The notes under the pieces are model-generated. The model saw only the letters and a list, made by a program, of their open reading frames with translations. It did not search any database and had not been told where the DNA came from. Both the position numbers and the translations under genes were made by a program. This document shows, in pieces, positions 15,281-27,992 of a stretch of 64,000 nucleotides of DNA. Location: assembly GCA_964016885.1 (NCBI GenBank), contig OZ024765.1:9610001-9674000 (forward strand), given 5' to 3'. The DNA is from Eledone cirrhosa (taxonomy: Eukaryota). Every line of letters begins with the position of its first letter. Position 1 is the stretch's first letter.

Positions 15281-15615
15281 ATGTGTGTGTGTCTATGTAT
15301 CTCACATTCTCACACTCTCTCTTCCATTCTATACCTCTCTCCTCTCTCTCTCCCTCTCCCCACTCTCTCTTCCATTCTATACCTCTCCCCTCTCTCTCTC
15401 CCTCCCCCTCTCTCTCTCTCTCTCACACTCTCCAGCCAACAAGCCATATGACCAGTCCCAGCCATATATATACAGCTCTTCACAGGCTGACTCTCGTTGA
15501 TTTATGGGGGTGGCTGTGGAGGAAGTAGGGGCTGTGGTGGGTGGGTGGTGAATGTATCTTGAAGGAGTGTTAGTTGTACTCTGCGCATGTGGGTGGATGG
15601 GTGTGTGTGTATATA

Positions 15616-15659
<44 letters not shown>

Positions 15660-15794
15660 CACATATATATATAAGTATGTATGTATACATATATATATGT
15701 ATATATATATGAATATATATATATATGCATATATATACATATATATATATACAAGCAGGGAAAAAGCGGACGTAAAATGAAATGAATGAATGAA

Positions 15795-15838
<44 letters not shown>

Positions 15839-15839
15839 C

Positions 15840-15913
<74 letters not shown>

Positions 15914-15915
<2 letters not shown>

Positions 15916-17036
15916 CATCATCACCGTTTTACGTCCGTTCTTCCACGCTAGCATGGGTTAGACGGGTTGTCCTGTTGTGGGCAGTGTCTGGTCGGCTGAC
16001 CATGCCTTGCTCATACAGGAACTGATCTGGCTTGATTTCTACAGCTGGATGCCCTTCCTAACACCAACCTCATTTACAGTGAGTGCTGGGTGCTTTTTCG
16101 TGGCGCCTACACGTCCACTTTACAGTGTGGGCTGGGTGCTTTTTTGCCGTGGCACCTCCGCGACCACCTTGCGGTGGGGGGGGGGGGGGCATATTGTTTA
16201 TATGCTTCAGCATGTACCCATGGGAGGTCGGGTACCCTGTATTACTGCGTGACGCCAGAAGTCACGGTCGTGTGTCATTGACTTTGAGAGGTGTAGTTGG
16301 GTAAGGTCGGCTTTTATCACCTCATCCCAGGTCATCTTGGGTCTCCCCACTCCGCGGTTTCCATCAACTTCTAGTGCTCTGCACCTTTTTATGCAGCTGT
16401 CATCCTTCATACGCATCACATGTCAATACCAGCGTAACCGCCTCTCCTGCACGCAGCCTTTGATTCCTCTTATGCTCAGTCTCTCTCTCAATTCCTTTAT
16501 GCTTTGTCGTTCACGTATATTACTGTTACACATCCATCGGAGCATGCAGGCTTCGTTTCTCTCTAATCTACGTAAGTCTTCCACCTTCAGCGCCCAGGTC
16601 TCTCTACCATGCAACATCGCTGTTCGGATACACGCATCATACAGTCTGCCTTTCATTCTGAGGGAGAAGCCTTTTGCAGCTAGCAGTGGTAGTAGTTCCC
16701 TAAACTTCTTCCATCCCGTTCTTACCCTAGTTATTGTACTTTCTGAGCACCCACCTCCATTGCTAATTCGGTCACCTAGGTAGCAGAAGCTGTCTACTGT
16801 TTCTACAGGGCCCTCCCAGAGATTGGTGGTACTTGTTTCCTGTGGCTGTTTGCTTGCTGTTTCAGCACAGCTGCTGCATGTGAATCCTACATTCTTAATT
16901 AAGCTTCCTGAGATCCCGCTACATCTCTTGTGTACCCATTGTTTGCATTTGGGGCAGAGAATGGAGTTCCTACCTACACCTTTCCTACATACTGAGCAAG
17001 GCCATTTCCCTGAGGGGATCTGGGTTCTGTTTTCTG
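15914..17036 (-). mobile_element. 5'-truncated RTE-clade LINE (post-RT C-terminus plus 3' tail)
   Basis: ORFs with PHD-like CSVC..CPKC..HKRC, FCYLGD, MLHGRETW, ERRLRWY, GRPKMTW; tail CCCATGCTAGC...GACGTAAAACG(GTGATGAT)n. Confidence 0.92.
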
Positions 17037-17076
17037 TATATATATATGGGTTCTGTTTTCTGTATATATATACAGA

Positions 17077-17557
17077 GCAGAGCACTAGAAGTTGATGGAA
17101 ACCGCGGAGTGGGGAGACCCAAGATGACTTGGGATGAGGTGATAAAAGCCGACCTTACCCAACTACACCTCTCAAAGTCAATGACACACGACCGTGACTT
17201 CTGGCGTCACGCAGTAATACAGGGTACCCGACCTCCCATGGGTACATGCTGAAGCATATAAACAATATGCCCCCCCCCCCCCACCGCAAGGTGGTCGTGG
17301 AGGTGCCACGGCAAAAAAGCACCCAGCCCACACTGTAAAGTGGACGTGTAGGCGCCACGAAAAAGCACCCAGCACTCACTGTAAATGAGGTTGGTGTTAG
17401 GAAGGGCATCCAGCTGTAGAAATCAAGCCAGATCAGTTCCTGTATGAGCAAGGCATGGTCAGCCGACCAGACACTGCCCACAACAGGACAACCCGTCTAA
17501 CCCATGCTAGCGTGGAAGAACGGACGTAAAACGGTGATGATGATGATGATGATGATG
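17077..17557 (+). mobile_element. Second RTE 3' end, inverted near-identical copy of 15914-16382
   Basis: Direct reverse-complement match over about 465 bp. Confidence 0.92.
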
Positions 17558-17559
17558 AC

Positions 17560-17599
<40 letters not shown>

Positions 17600-17928
17600 A
17601 CATGCATGTATATATATATGTATATACATATATATATACATATATATATATATATACACATCCATATATATATATATATATATGCATGTATATATATATA
17701 TGTATATACATATATATATATATATGCATGTATATATATATATGTATATACATATATATATATATATACACATATAAATCAAGATGGATTTGGAGACTGG
17801 TTAGACCATTACTCACCAGAGTACTGAATACTTGGAAAAGTAGAGTGTGGTTATATGAATGAGTCAGGACCCCAATGGCTGAGCTCCTGCTGTTTTAACA
17901 GCTAATTCCAGAGTCTCATTCACATGAA

Positions 17929-18321
17929 GGCACATGGCTTAGTGGTTAGAGAATTGGGCTTGCAATAGAAAGGTTGTGAGTTCAATTCTCAGACCGGGCG
18001 ATGTGTTGTTTCCTTGAGCAAGACACTTTATTTCACATTGCTCCAGTTTACTCAGCTGTAGAAATGAGATGATAGGGACTAGGTTCCCTATCATTCCACT
18101 GCAAAGTGGACGTGGAGGTGCCACGGAAAAAAAAGCACCCAGAACTCACTGTAAATGAGGTTGGTGTTAGGAAGGGCATCCAGCTGTAGAAATCAAGCCA
18201 GACTCAGTTCCGTATGAGCAAGACAAGGTCAGCTGACCGGACACTGCCGACAACAGGACAACCCGTCTAACCCATGCTAGCGTGGAAGAACGGACGTAAA
18301 ACGGTGATGATGATGATGATG

Positions 18322-18322
<1 letters not shown>
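17929..18322 (+). mobile_element. tRNA-derived SINE sharing the RTE 3' tail (copies 7414-7785 plus, 22115-22432 minus; same head with a different tail at 29480-29703 minus and 46763-47010 plus)
   Basis: A-box TGGCTTAGTGG, B-box GAGTTCAATTC, central CCTTGAGCAAGACACTT, hairpin ATGATAGGGAC..CCCTATCAT, tail matching the RTE 3' UTR. Confidence 0.85.
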
Positions 18323-18356
<34 letters not shown>

Positions 18357-18519
18357 GTATTAAGGATACTATTTATGGTTATGTATATAATAAAACCTTT
18401 TATGGTTATATATTTTTTATATACAAACCCCAAATAGTGAAAGATAGTCATTCATTACTATCTTATTACCAGTAAGATAAATAGCTCAATGTAATAACAT
18501 CAGTTGTTTTACAGAGCAG

Positions 18520-18572
<53 letters not shown>

Positions 18573-18744
18573 TAAAAAAATAATGAATAAAACAATGAAA
18601 CAGTTCCTTATATTAAACAAAAAAAGTTCATTATTTAACGATCGTTTCTAGGACATATATGTGTTAGAATTGGCATGCATATTCATATTACATTGAGTTC
18701 TTCATACTGATTGGACACTACCGTAAACTCTTGGTAGATTTATC

Positions 18745-18783
<39 letters not shown>

Positions 18784-19124
18784 CCTTGGAACTATATATA
18801 TCATCAACACCGTTTTATATCCATTTTCCACACTAGCACAGATGTATGTACGTATATATGTATATATGATAGTGGGGCATGGGCACTGTGTGCAGAGGAC
18901 TTGCGAAGATTGGAAAGAAATGAATCCTGCATGCTCCAATAGGTGTGTAATAGTAATTGTTTCTACTTTAGGCACAAGGCCAGCAATTACCCAGTGCACT
19001 TTATTTTATCGACCCCGTAAGGATGAAAGGCAAAGTCAACCAATCCACCACCCTCTGTGAGGGCTAGTGCCTGTGCATGTTATGGGAAGTGTTTGTGGCT
19101 GTTAGGGGTCGTGGATTAAAAGAT

Positions 19125-19312
19125 CATTGTTTCTACGTTAGGCACAAGGCCAGCAAAATACCCAGTGCATTACTGGTACTTTATTTTATCGACCCCGTAA
19201 GGATGAAAGGCAAAGTCAACCTCGGCGGGACTTGAACTCAGATCGTAAAGGGACGCAACTATGCTGGAAAGCATGGCGTCCGACCCTCTACCGATACTGC
19301 CAATCCACCGCC
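19125..19312 (-). mobile_element. Second tRNA-derived SINE family with Meta/Nin-like central domain (copies about 4185-4580, 31745-31952, 37560-37690, 40480-40655, 46200-46395)
   Basis: Head GGCGGTGGATTGGCAGTATCGG..GAGTTCAAGTCCC, core GCCTTTCATCCTTACGGGGTCGATAAAATAAAGTACCAG. Confidence 0.8.
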
Positions 19313-19321
19313 CTTGTGGTA

Positions 19322-19580
19322 ATGATGTGTAATAGTAATATACATGAATGGTAAAGCATAAACAAACTAGGCCTAAGAAGAATCTGATGCAGTATGCAGG
19401 AGAGGAGATTACATTGGTATGGACATGTGATGCATATAAAGAATGACAGCTGTATAAAAAGGTGCAGAGTGCTCAAAGTTCATGGAAGCCATGGAGTGAG
19501 GAGACCCAAGAAGCCTTGTAATGAGGTGATAAAAGCTGACCTTGTACAATTGTACCTCTCAAAGGCAATGACATAGGATC
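19322..19580 (+). mobile_element. Degenerate RTE 3' coding end, directly followed by the 48-bp array
   Basis: QERRLHWYGHVMH...RRPKKP. Confidence 0.8.
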
Positions 19581-19585
19581 AGGAT

Positions 19586-20513
19586 CAGTCCACACTGTAA
19601 AGTGGTCATATAGATGTCAAAACAAAAAGCACCCAGTCCACACTGTAAAGTGGTCATATAGATGTCAAAACAAAAAGCACCCAGTCCACACTGTAAAGTG
19701 GTCGTGTAGGTGTCACAACAAAAAGCACCCAGTCCACACTGTAAAGTGGTCATGTAGATGTCACAACAAAAAGCACCCAGTCCACACTGTAAAGTGGTCA
19801 TATAGATGTCACAACAAAAAGCACCCAGTCCACACTGTAAAGTGGTCATATAGATGTCACAACAAAAAACACCCAGTCCACACTGTAAAGTGGTCATATA
19901 GATGTCACAACAAAAACCACCCAGTCCACACTGTAAAGTGGTCATATAGATGTCACAACAAAAAGCACCCAGCCCACACTGTAAAGTGATCGAGTAGGTG
20001 TCACAACAAAAAGCACCCAGTACACAGTGTAAAGTGGTCGAGTAGGTGTCACAACAAAAAGCACCCAGTACACACTGTAAAGTGGTAGTGTAGGTGTCAG
20101 AACAAAAAGCACCCAGTACTCAATGTAAAGTGGTCATGTAGGTGTCACAACAAAAACCACCCAGTCCACACTGTAAAGTGGTCATGTAGATGTCACAACA
20201 AAAAGCACCCAGTACACACTGTAAAGTGGTAGTGTAGGTGTCAGAACAAAAAGCACCCAGTACACACTGTAAAGTGGTAGTGTAGGTGTCAGAACAAAAA
20301 GCACCCAGTACTCAGTGTAAAGTGGTCATGTAGATGTCACAACAAAAAGCACCCAGTCCACACTGTAAAGTGGTCATGTAGATGTCACAACAAAAAGCAC
20401 CCAGTCCACACTGTAAAGTGGTCAAGTAGATGTCACAAAAAAAAGCACCCAGTCCACACTGTAAAGTGGTCGTGTAGGTGTCAGAACAAAAAGCACCCAG
20501 TATGTACTGTAAA
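19586..20513 (+). repeat. 48-bp minisatellite, about 19 units, derived from the RTE/SINE 3' tail
   Basis: Unit GCACCCAGTCCACACTGTAAAGTGGTCATGTAGATGTCACAACAAAAA. Confidence 0.95.
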
Positions 20514-20724
20514 GTCTCATCTTTCTCTCATTCTGCCTTCCAAAGAAGGACTAACATCTGAAACATAAAGACTCTCCCCTAGTATGTCAAGTGTTACACT
20601 AATATGTCATCATACTATTGCATTGTTGCATTGTTAATAACTAATAATAAAGTTGAAGTGAAAATCAAATAGTGCATGTATTTCTATTGATAATATTGGC
20701 AGCATTATCATACCAAAATATGTA

Positions 20725-20756
<32 letters not shown>

Positions 20757-21277
20757 CATATATACATATACATATATATACATCTTTCATCATCATCATT
20801 TTACGTCCGCTTTTCCCTGCTTGCAATGGTGTTAGGAAGGGCATCCAGCCGTAGAAAACCCGCCAGACAGTCCTATACAAGCAAGACAACCAATCTTGCC
20901 TCACGTGGGACAATTCCCATCTAAACCCATGCTAGCATGGAAGATAGATGTTAAACGATGATGATGATGATGTGATATATATATATGCATATATATATAT
21001 ATATACATATATATATGTATATATAATATAAGATCAAAAGATGGTTAAAGGAGTTCCATATATTTTATTATGCGCATTTCAAAAACAAACATCATCAAGC
21101 AATAATATTTGTGTTTTCATCAGATAAAACAGGAGAACATGATATGAAGGCTAAAAAACACTTGTGGATAGTGCAGTTTTAAATCAACATATCATCAATA
21201 TATATGTTGATTTAAAATATGTTGATTTAAAACTGCACTATCCACAAGTGTTTTTTAGCCTTCATATCATGTTCTCC

Positions 21278-21348
21278 TGTTTTATCTGATGAAAACACAA
21301 ATATTATTGCTTGATGATGTTTGTTTTTGAAATGCGCATAATAAAATA
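21278..21348 (+). ncRNA. Minimal type-I hammerhead motif (inverted copy 21061-21131)
   Basis: TGTTTTAT CTGATGA [long stem II] GAAA T-GCGC-A TA^ ATAAAATA; stem III plus loop form the palindrome ATGCGCAT, typical of dimer-forming minimal hammerheads. Confidence 0.8.
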
Positions 21349-21473
21349 TATGGAACTCCTTTAACCATCTTTTGATCTTATATTATGCATACTCCAGTCC
21401 CAAAAACTGTAGAGTGCTTCTTATCCGATATCTGCATTGCTTTATTGTACTACAATAAAACTCACCTCCTACA

Positions 21474-21515
<42 letters not shown>

Positions 21516-21627
21516 CATATATCTATATATATATATATATATACATACATATATCTATCTATATATATATATATGTATATATACATACATATATCTATAT
21601 ATATATATATATATATACATACATATA

Positions 21628-21697
<70 letters not shown>

Positions 21698-21958
21698 TTC
21701 CAAATATTAACAAAACAGATATTCTTGTGATCAATTAAATTTTATTATACATTACAAGAATATCTGTTTTGTTAATATTTGGAATTAATATTAATAACTC
21801 TGGAAAAAATATTTTTTTCTTGTAGAGTGCTTCCAATCTATTGTAAAATTCATTCTTTGATATACTCATTGAATCTTGTTTAACTCTTAAATATATATAT
21901 ATATATATATATATACCAAGATAATAATAAATGGAAACTTTATTTATAAAACCATATT

Positions 21959-22023
21959 TATTTTATTATATATATTTCAAGGGCGACCAAGCAAAACTTG
22001 GTGCGCTTTCATCAGATAAAATA
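21959..22023 (-). ncRNA. Minimal type-I hammerhead motif
   Basis: TATTTTAT CTGATGA AAGCGCACCAAG-TTTTG-CTTGGTCGCCCTT GAAA T-ATAT-A TA^ ATAAAATA. Confidence 0.75.
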
Positions 22024-22431
22024 TAAAATTTGTTTTATAAATAATGACATACCCATGGGGATCACACCTTAACTGTCTGAAATTTGCTGGATAGTATATC
22101 ATCATTTCATTTCATTTTACGTCCGCTTTTCCCTGCTTGCAAGGGTGGGACGGGAACTGATTCTGGCTTGATTTCTACAGCTGGATGCCCTTCCTAACAC
22201 CAACCTCATTTTTACAGTGAGTGCTGGGTGCTTTTTTGCCGTGGCACCTCCACGACCACTTTGCAGTGGAATGATAGGGACCCCAGTCCCTATCATCTCA
22301 TTTCTACAGCTGAGTAAACTGGAGCAATGTGAAATAAAGTGTCTTGCTCAAGGAAACAACACATCACCCGGTCTGAGAATTGAACTCACAACCTTTCGAT
22401 TGCAAGGTTCTAACCACTAAGCCATGTGCCT

Positions 22432-22524
<93 letters not shown>

Positions 22525-22898
22525 ATAATAATAAAATTGAAGACTAAAATCCAAAGAGGGCTCGAGAAGATCCCGTTAAGGGTGAAAGCAGCGATTCTTT
22601 GCTTAAACTTTAATCTGTTATTTTAATAAATATATATATATATATATAAAAGAAGAAATTAAAAGATGGTTAAAAAAGTTCCATATATTTTGTTATGCGC
22701 ATTTCGAAAACAACATCATCCTGGGACATTTCGAAATACGTATAATAAAATATATGGAACTCTTATAACCATCTTTATTTCATCTTTATTATATATACTC
22801 CAGTTCTACCAACTGTTGAGTGCTACTTATCTGATATATGCATAGTTTTATTGTTCTACAATATTACTCACCTTCTAGATACATATATATATTATACA

Positions 22899-22966
<68 letters not shown>

Positions 22967-23068
22967 GTGTGTGTATATATTATATATATATATTATATAT
23001 ATATATATATATATACATATATAAATGCACATATATATATGTATATATATATATATATATACATATAT

Positions 23069-23319
<251 letters not shown>

Positions 23320-23346
23320 CATACATATACATATATATATATATAT

Positions 23347-23473
<127 letters not shown>

Positions 23474-23986
23474 CACAGAGGCAAACATATACACATGTAG
23501 AGGGAGAGGAGGGGGAGGGGGAGGGGGGAAAGAAGAAGAAGATTAGGGGGGGGGAGGGGTTAGGAGGAGTGGAAGGCGGAGGAGGAAGAAAACAAATACC
23601 TGAGTGGTGTGTGTAACAACAACAACAACAAACTACTTAGATTATAAAATCACTGATAAGGCCTGTCTTGTACCCCATATATTTACAAATCTGGGTTGCT
23701 GGGTAGCCGTGTGCCAGGGGGGTAGGTCTGTGAGAGTGGGGTGTGTGTGTACATGAGTGTGTCATTACATGTGTGTGTATGTGTGTGTATACTGACTATT
23801 GTGTGTGTATGTATGTATATGAGTGAGGTATTCTCAGGAAGTGACACTGTGTGGCTGAGTGGTTAGGGTGTTCGGCTGAGGATCGATCGTAAGGCTGTGA
23901 GTTTGATTCCCTGGATTGAGCAGCACATTATATCCTTCAACAAGACACTTTACTTTTTATTTCTCCACCACTCTACTCAGCTGGCA

Positions 23987-24036
<50 letters not shown>

Positions 24037-24621
24037 GCGCACCAGGACGGAACAAAGTCTGATTCACCGCCTTGGGTCCTATTCCCCTCTTGGACTCAAC
24101 TCACCTTCCCAAATTCTCTAATACCCCGTCCATTATCACACCCCTAGATTCCTATCACTTTCTCTTGATCATTAACATCTTCTCTTACAACTAATACAGG
24201 CCGACTATATATGCTCACTCCACATTTCCCTTCACTGCTCGGTATACACACATACACACCCTTATATTAACATACTGTTGCTCATAGCTTCGTACTTACA
24301 TGCACACACACTCTTTTACTCACATATACACACATATTTCTTCTTAGCTTCGTACGGACGTATAATAACACACACACACTCTCACACACACATGCTTACA
24401 CACGTGCACAAGTATAGCTCGTTTTACAAAACGTTTTTTTTCCCATTTCAGGTAGACGCGCTCCATCATCCACTTTTCTAAAAAATAAATCATACACAAA
24501 ACGCCTGCACCAACAGTTTTGCAAGAGATGTCAACATGAATGGACCTGTTATTTTTATCTAAACACATTTTTTCCAATTCCATCCCACCTGTCCCCTCAA
24601 TCTATCTTATTTTTCATTCTT

Positions 24622-24657
24622 TCTTCTGATGAAGGACTAGCGTCCAAAACATTAAGA
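24622..24657 (+). ncRNA. Decayed minimal hammerhead motif (related copy near 20535-20575)
   Basis: TCTT CTGATGA A GGAC-TAGC-GTCC aAAAC aTT^ AAGA; the two deviations are consistent with CpG decay of CGAAACGTT. Confidence 0.5.
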
Positions 24658-24955
24658 CCCTCTTCTTGCTATATCAAGTGTTAACCTAATATATCCCTTC
24701 CATATATTGTACCGATTGTGTTGTTATTTCTGTTTATATTTTATATACATCATCATCACCGTTTTACGTCCGTTCTTCCACGCTAGCATGGGTTAGACGG
24801 GTTGTCCTGTTGTGGGCAGTGTCTGGTCGGCTGACCATGCCTTGCTCATACAGGAACTGATTTGGCTTGATTTCTACAGCTGGATGCCCTTCCTAACACC
24901 AACCTCATTTACAGTGAGTGCTGGGTGCTTTTTCGTGGCGCCTACACGTCCACTT

Positions 24956-25006
<51 letters not shown>

Positions 25007-25108
25007 ATAATAATAAATTTGAAGACTAAAATCCAAAGAGGGCTCGATAAGGATAAATATATATCAAATATATAAGAACCGTAGAGCAATGTTTAAGCAA
25101 AGAATCGC

Positions 25109-25159
25109 AGTTTCAGAAGATCCCGTTAAGGGTGAAAGCAGTGATTCTTTGCTTAAACT
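25109..25159 (+). ncRNA. Hammerhead-like motif with CAGAAGA core
   Basis: AGTTT CAGAAGA TCCC-GTTAA-GGGT GAAA GCA-gtgattctt-TGC TT^ AAACT. Confidence 0.6.
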
Positions 25160-26269
25160 TTAATCTGTCATTTTAATAAATATTTGCTAGATCTGTCTCA
25201 AACAATGTCAGATTTTCCCATGATGTGATCAGCCTGGTATGCTTTAGATCAGGTGTCAGTGAAGCAATTAAAAAGAATAATAGATAATAGTCATTATTTG
25301 TATATGTGTATTGACAGAGGTCTCCATTCAGAAGTATACTAAATGATATTATGTGACCATGTATAGCAGCAAGTAATATGTAACCAGTTTATGTAACACT
25401 AATGTATTGTTTGCAATTGGAAAGGTATGGTTTGTTATATCAATATATGTAAGTCTCAGTTCTGTTGCTGCTGTGAATATAACTCTGGAAAGAATATTTC
25501 CATATACACCCCGTCCCACCACCCCGACCCCATCCACACCGCCCCTTTCAATGTAAAGTTATGTTGGTGCCACAACATCCAGGCCGAAACAAATGAGATC
25601 GTGTAGGGGTCACAACAAAAAAAAAACACACAGTCCACGCTGTAAATGTGGCCGTGTAGGCAACACGGTAAAAACCTCCCAGTCCCACACTGTAAATGTG
25701 GTTGGTGTTAGGAAGGGCATCCAGCTGTAGAAAACCCGCCAGACAGTCCTATGCGAGCAAGACAATCACTCTTGCCTCAAGTGGGAAAACCCCCGTCCAA
25801 ACCCATGCAAGCGTGGAACACGGACGTTAAACGATGATGATGATGATGATGATGATTACATTTAAAGGCAATGTTGTGGTAAATAGCATCACAAGACTTT
25901 AGCATGTTTTTATATAATTTATTAACAAAGATGAGAAGAGCTGGATTAAGCTAGGTTGTCATGCCAAAATAAATGAACAAACAAAATTAAGGTTTAGAAG
26001 GTATGGGCAACTGGCTGAGGTGTTAGCCAGGCCCGTAGTTATTGTTGTCGTTACATATTGGAATGATGTTTGCGGAGCAAAAGAAGAATAGGTTTTTACG
26101 TTACCGCAGTTCACGCGCAAAGAGATCGAATTTATTAAAAGAAGCGGAAAATTCTCCCGCTTGGGTGGAAGTTGAAAATACATATCCATGCGCGGGTAAC
26201 GATTGGCTTAACTTAGCCAAATCACATACGGAAAGAGTATCAATGCGCCAAAGGAAAGTAGCTTGCTTC

Positions 26270-26812
26270 ATCAGAAGACAAGGCAGAAACCTTTGTCATG
26301 TCAAGTTCATTGTGCAGAATATTCTCAACTCTCTCACAGGATATGCTAATAGCATTGGTTATTGGATTTATAGTTAATCGCCTGTCACCCATTACCATGT
26401 GGTGAACACGATCAATGTTTTCCTTGGTGGTGGCAGTTGCAGGACGTCCAGACCTTGGGTCATCTTCAAGACTCTCCCTTCCCTTCCTAAATTCAGCTGC
26501 CCCCTTTTGTACTGTTGATAAAGCTGGAGTGTCATCCCTTAATGTAGCAGCCATGTCAGCATAAATGTCCTTTGAGGCTAAACCCATTTTCTGCCGGTAC
26601 TTCATAGCACCATGATGCCAAATTTTGTCTATTTTGAAGAGAAGTCACTACTAGTTACTTTTGAAGTCTTCTTTGAACAGTCAGGTGTCAGTTTACCTGG
26701 AAAGGAACAATGCAGCTATTAATAAGAAGAGTTGAAATTAATGCATGCAAGATTTCACAGCTCTAGCATCACTCCTTCATAGTCAGCCTGTGAACTTTTC
26801 AGTCCACCCTCT
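26270..26812 (-). mobile_element. Mariner transposon 5' fragment (TIR plus HTH region of transposase)
   Basis: ORF with FRKGRESLEDDPRSGRP..RRLT; TIR TA|GAGGGTGGACTGAAAAGTTCACAGGCTGAC at about 26783-26811. Confidence 0.85.
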
Positions 26813-26817
26813 ATTTA

Positions 26818-26897
26818 TACGGGGTGTCCCCAAAAAATGTATACACACTTCAACGGCATTCTAATAAATATGTGTATACATTTTTGGTAACTCCATG
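26818..26897. mobile_element. Tiny Tc1-like MITE
   Basis: TA-CGGGGTGTCCCCAAAAAATGTATACAC ... GTGTATACATTTTTGGTAACTCCATG imperfect TIRs. Confidence 0.5.
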
Positions 26898-27073
26898 TGT
26901 GTGTGTGTGTACATGCGCGCGCGTGTGTGTGTGTGTGTTCATGCATGTGTATGTGTACACTTACTTTGTAACGTGGCATTCAAAAAAAGCAAAAACAATA
27001 AATAAAGAAATAAACGATCGCTACCATAGGAATAACGGAATAGCAGAATTAGAATGAATGTACACACGGTATG

Positions 27074-27103
27074 TGACGTAACACTCAACATTCTGTGACG
27101 TCA
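27074..27103 (+). promoter_or_regulatory. Tandem CRE/ATF-like sites upstream of TMCO1
   Basis: TGACGTAA (27074) and the perfect palindrome TGACGTCA (27096), about 130-155 bp upstream of the ATG, in a locally CpG-containing patch. Confidence 0.5.
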
Positions 27104-27228
27104 GGTGAAAACAACGTCTCACCGGATTCTGCTTTCGAGCGATTTAATAACTTTATATTACATATTATACACATATATACATACATTTATATATATTATA
27201 TTACATAGTTTTATATATACGTTTAAAT

Positions 27229-27289
27229 ATGTTAGTGGATTGCCTTCTTATTGTGTTTATATCAATTTGTACGGCGTTACTTGGTGAAG
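27229..27289 (+). CDS. TMCO1: TMCO1 exon 1 ([20 protein letters not shown])
   Basis: ATG at 27229, donor GAAG|GTAAGC, phase 1; matches the TMCO1 N-terminal TM segment. Confidence 0.93.
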
Positions 27290-27359
27290 GTAAGCTGTGT
27301 AATAGAAATATATTATATATATATATATAGGAATAGGCTATGTGTGAGTGTATATATAT

Positions 27360-27392
<33 letters not shown>

Positions 27393-27452
27393 CGGGAAAA
27401 CCATATATATATATATGTATACATATGTATGTATATATGTGTTTTCCCGATA

Positions 27453-27502
<50 letters not shown>

Positions 27503-27579
27503 TATACACATATATACACGTATATATCTACCTACCTAGCTTTGTATCTATCAGTGTACCCATCTATCTATCTCTCTCG

Positions 27580-27617
<38 letters not shown>

Positions 27618-27620
<3 letters not shown>

Positions 27621-27718
27621 TTCTACAGGACTAAAACTGTTTCATTCGAAGGAAATCATCAGAAAAGGCTTTCCTGGTGATTTCCTTCGAATGAAACACT
27701 TCTAGTCCCGTAGAAGCC
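27618..27718. ncRNA. Head-to-head pair of hammerhead motifs (diverged relative of 27993-28100)
   Basis: Minus strand reads CTGATGA TTTC-CTTC-GAAT GAAA CAG-ttttagtc-CTG TA^ GAAGCC; the plus copy has CTGGTGA. Confidence 0.6.
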
Positions 27719-27883
27719 ATTTCTATATTAAATATTGTATATATTCTGCTAATGTATTGAGTACCTTACTTACTATGGTTACCCTGATCGAACCCGGGAT
27801 ACACACACATATCTATCTATCCATCGATATATCTGTCTACCTACCTACCTACTTATTTGTGTATCCATGTACCTGTCTGTCTA

Positions 27884-27957
<74 letters not shown>

Positions 27958-27992
27958 GCCATCTACCTATCTATATATATCTACATATCGAT

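Noticed and set aside
17929-18000. tRNA genes at SINE heads
   Set aside because: A/B boxes are present, but there is no full cloverleaf and the sequence continues into a SINE body.
19586-20513. CRISPR-like appearance of regular arrays (also 9938-10436, 30500-31188, 63460-64000)
   Set aside because: Head-to-tail repeats with no unique spacers, no cas genes, and a eukaryotic context.
23595-23707. Possible non-coding first exon and X-box-like GTTGCTGGGTAGC for the KIAA2012-like gene
   Set aside because: Only a short donor-like motif and an imperfect site; not supportable without transcript data.
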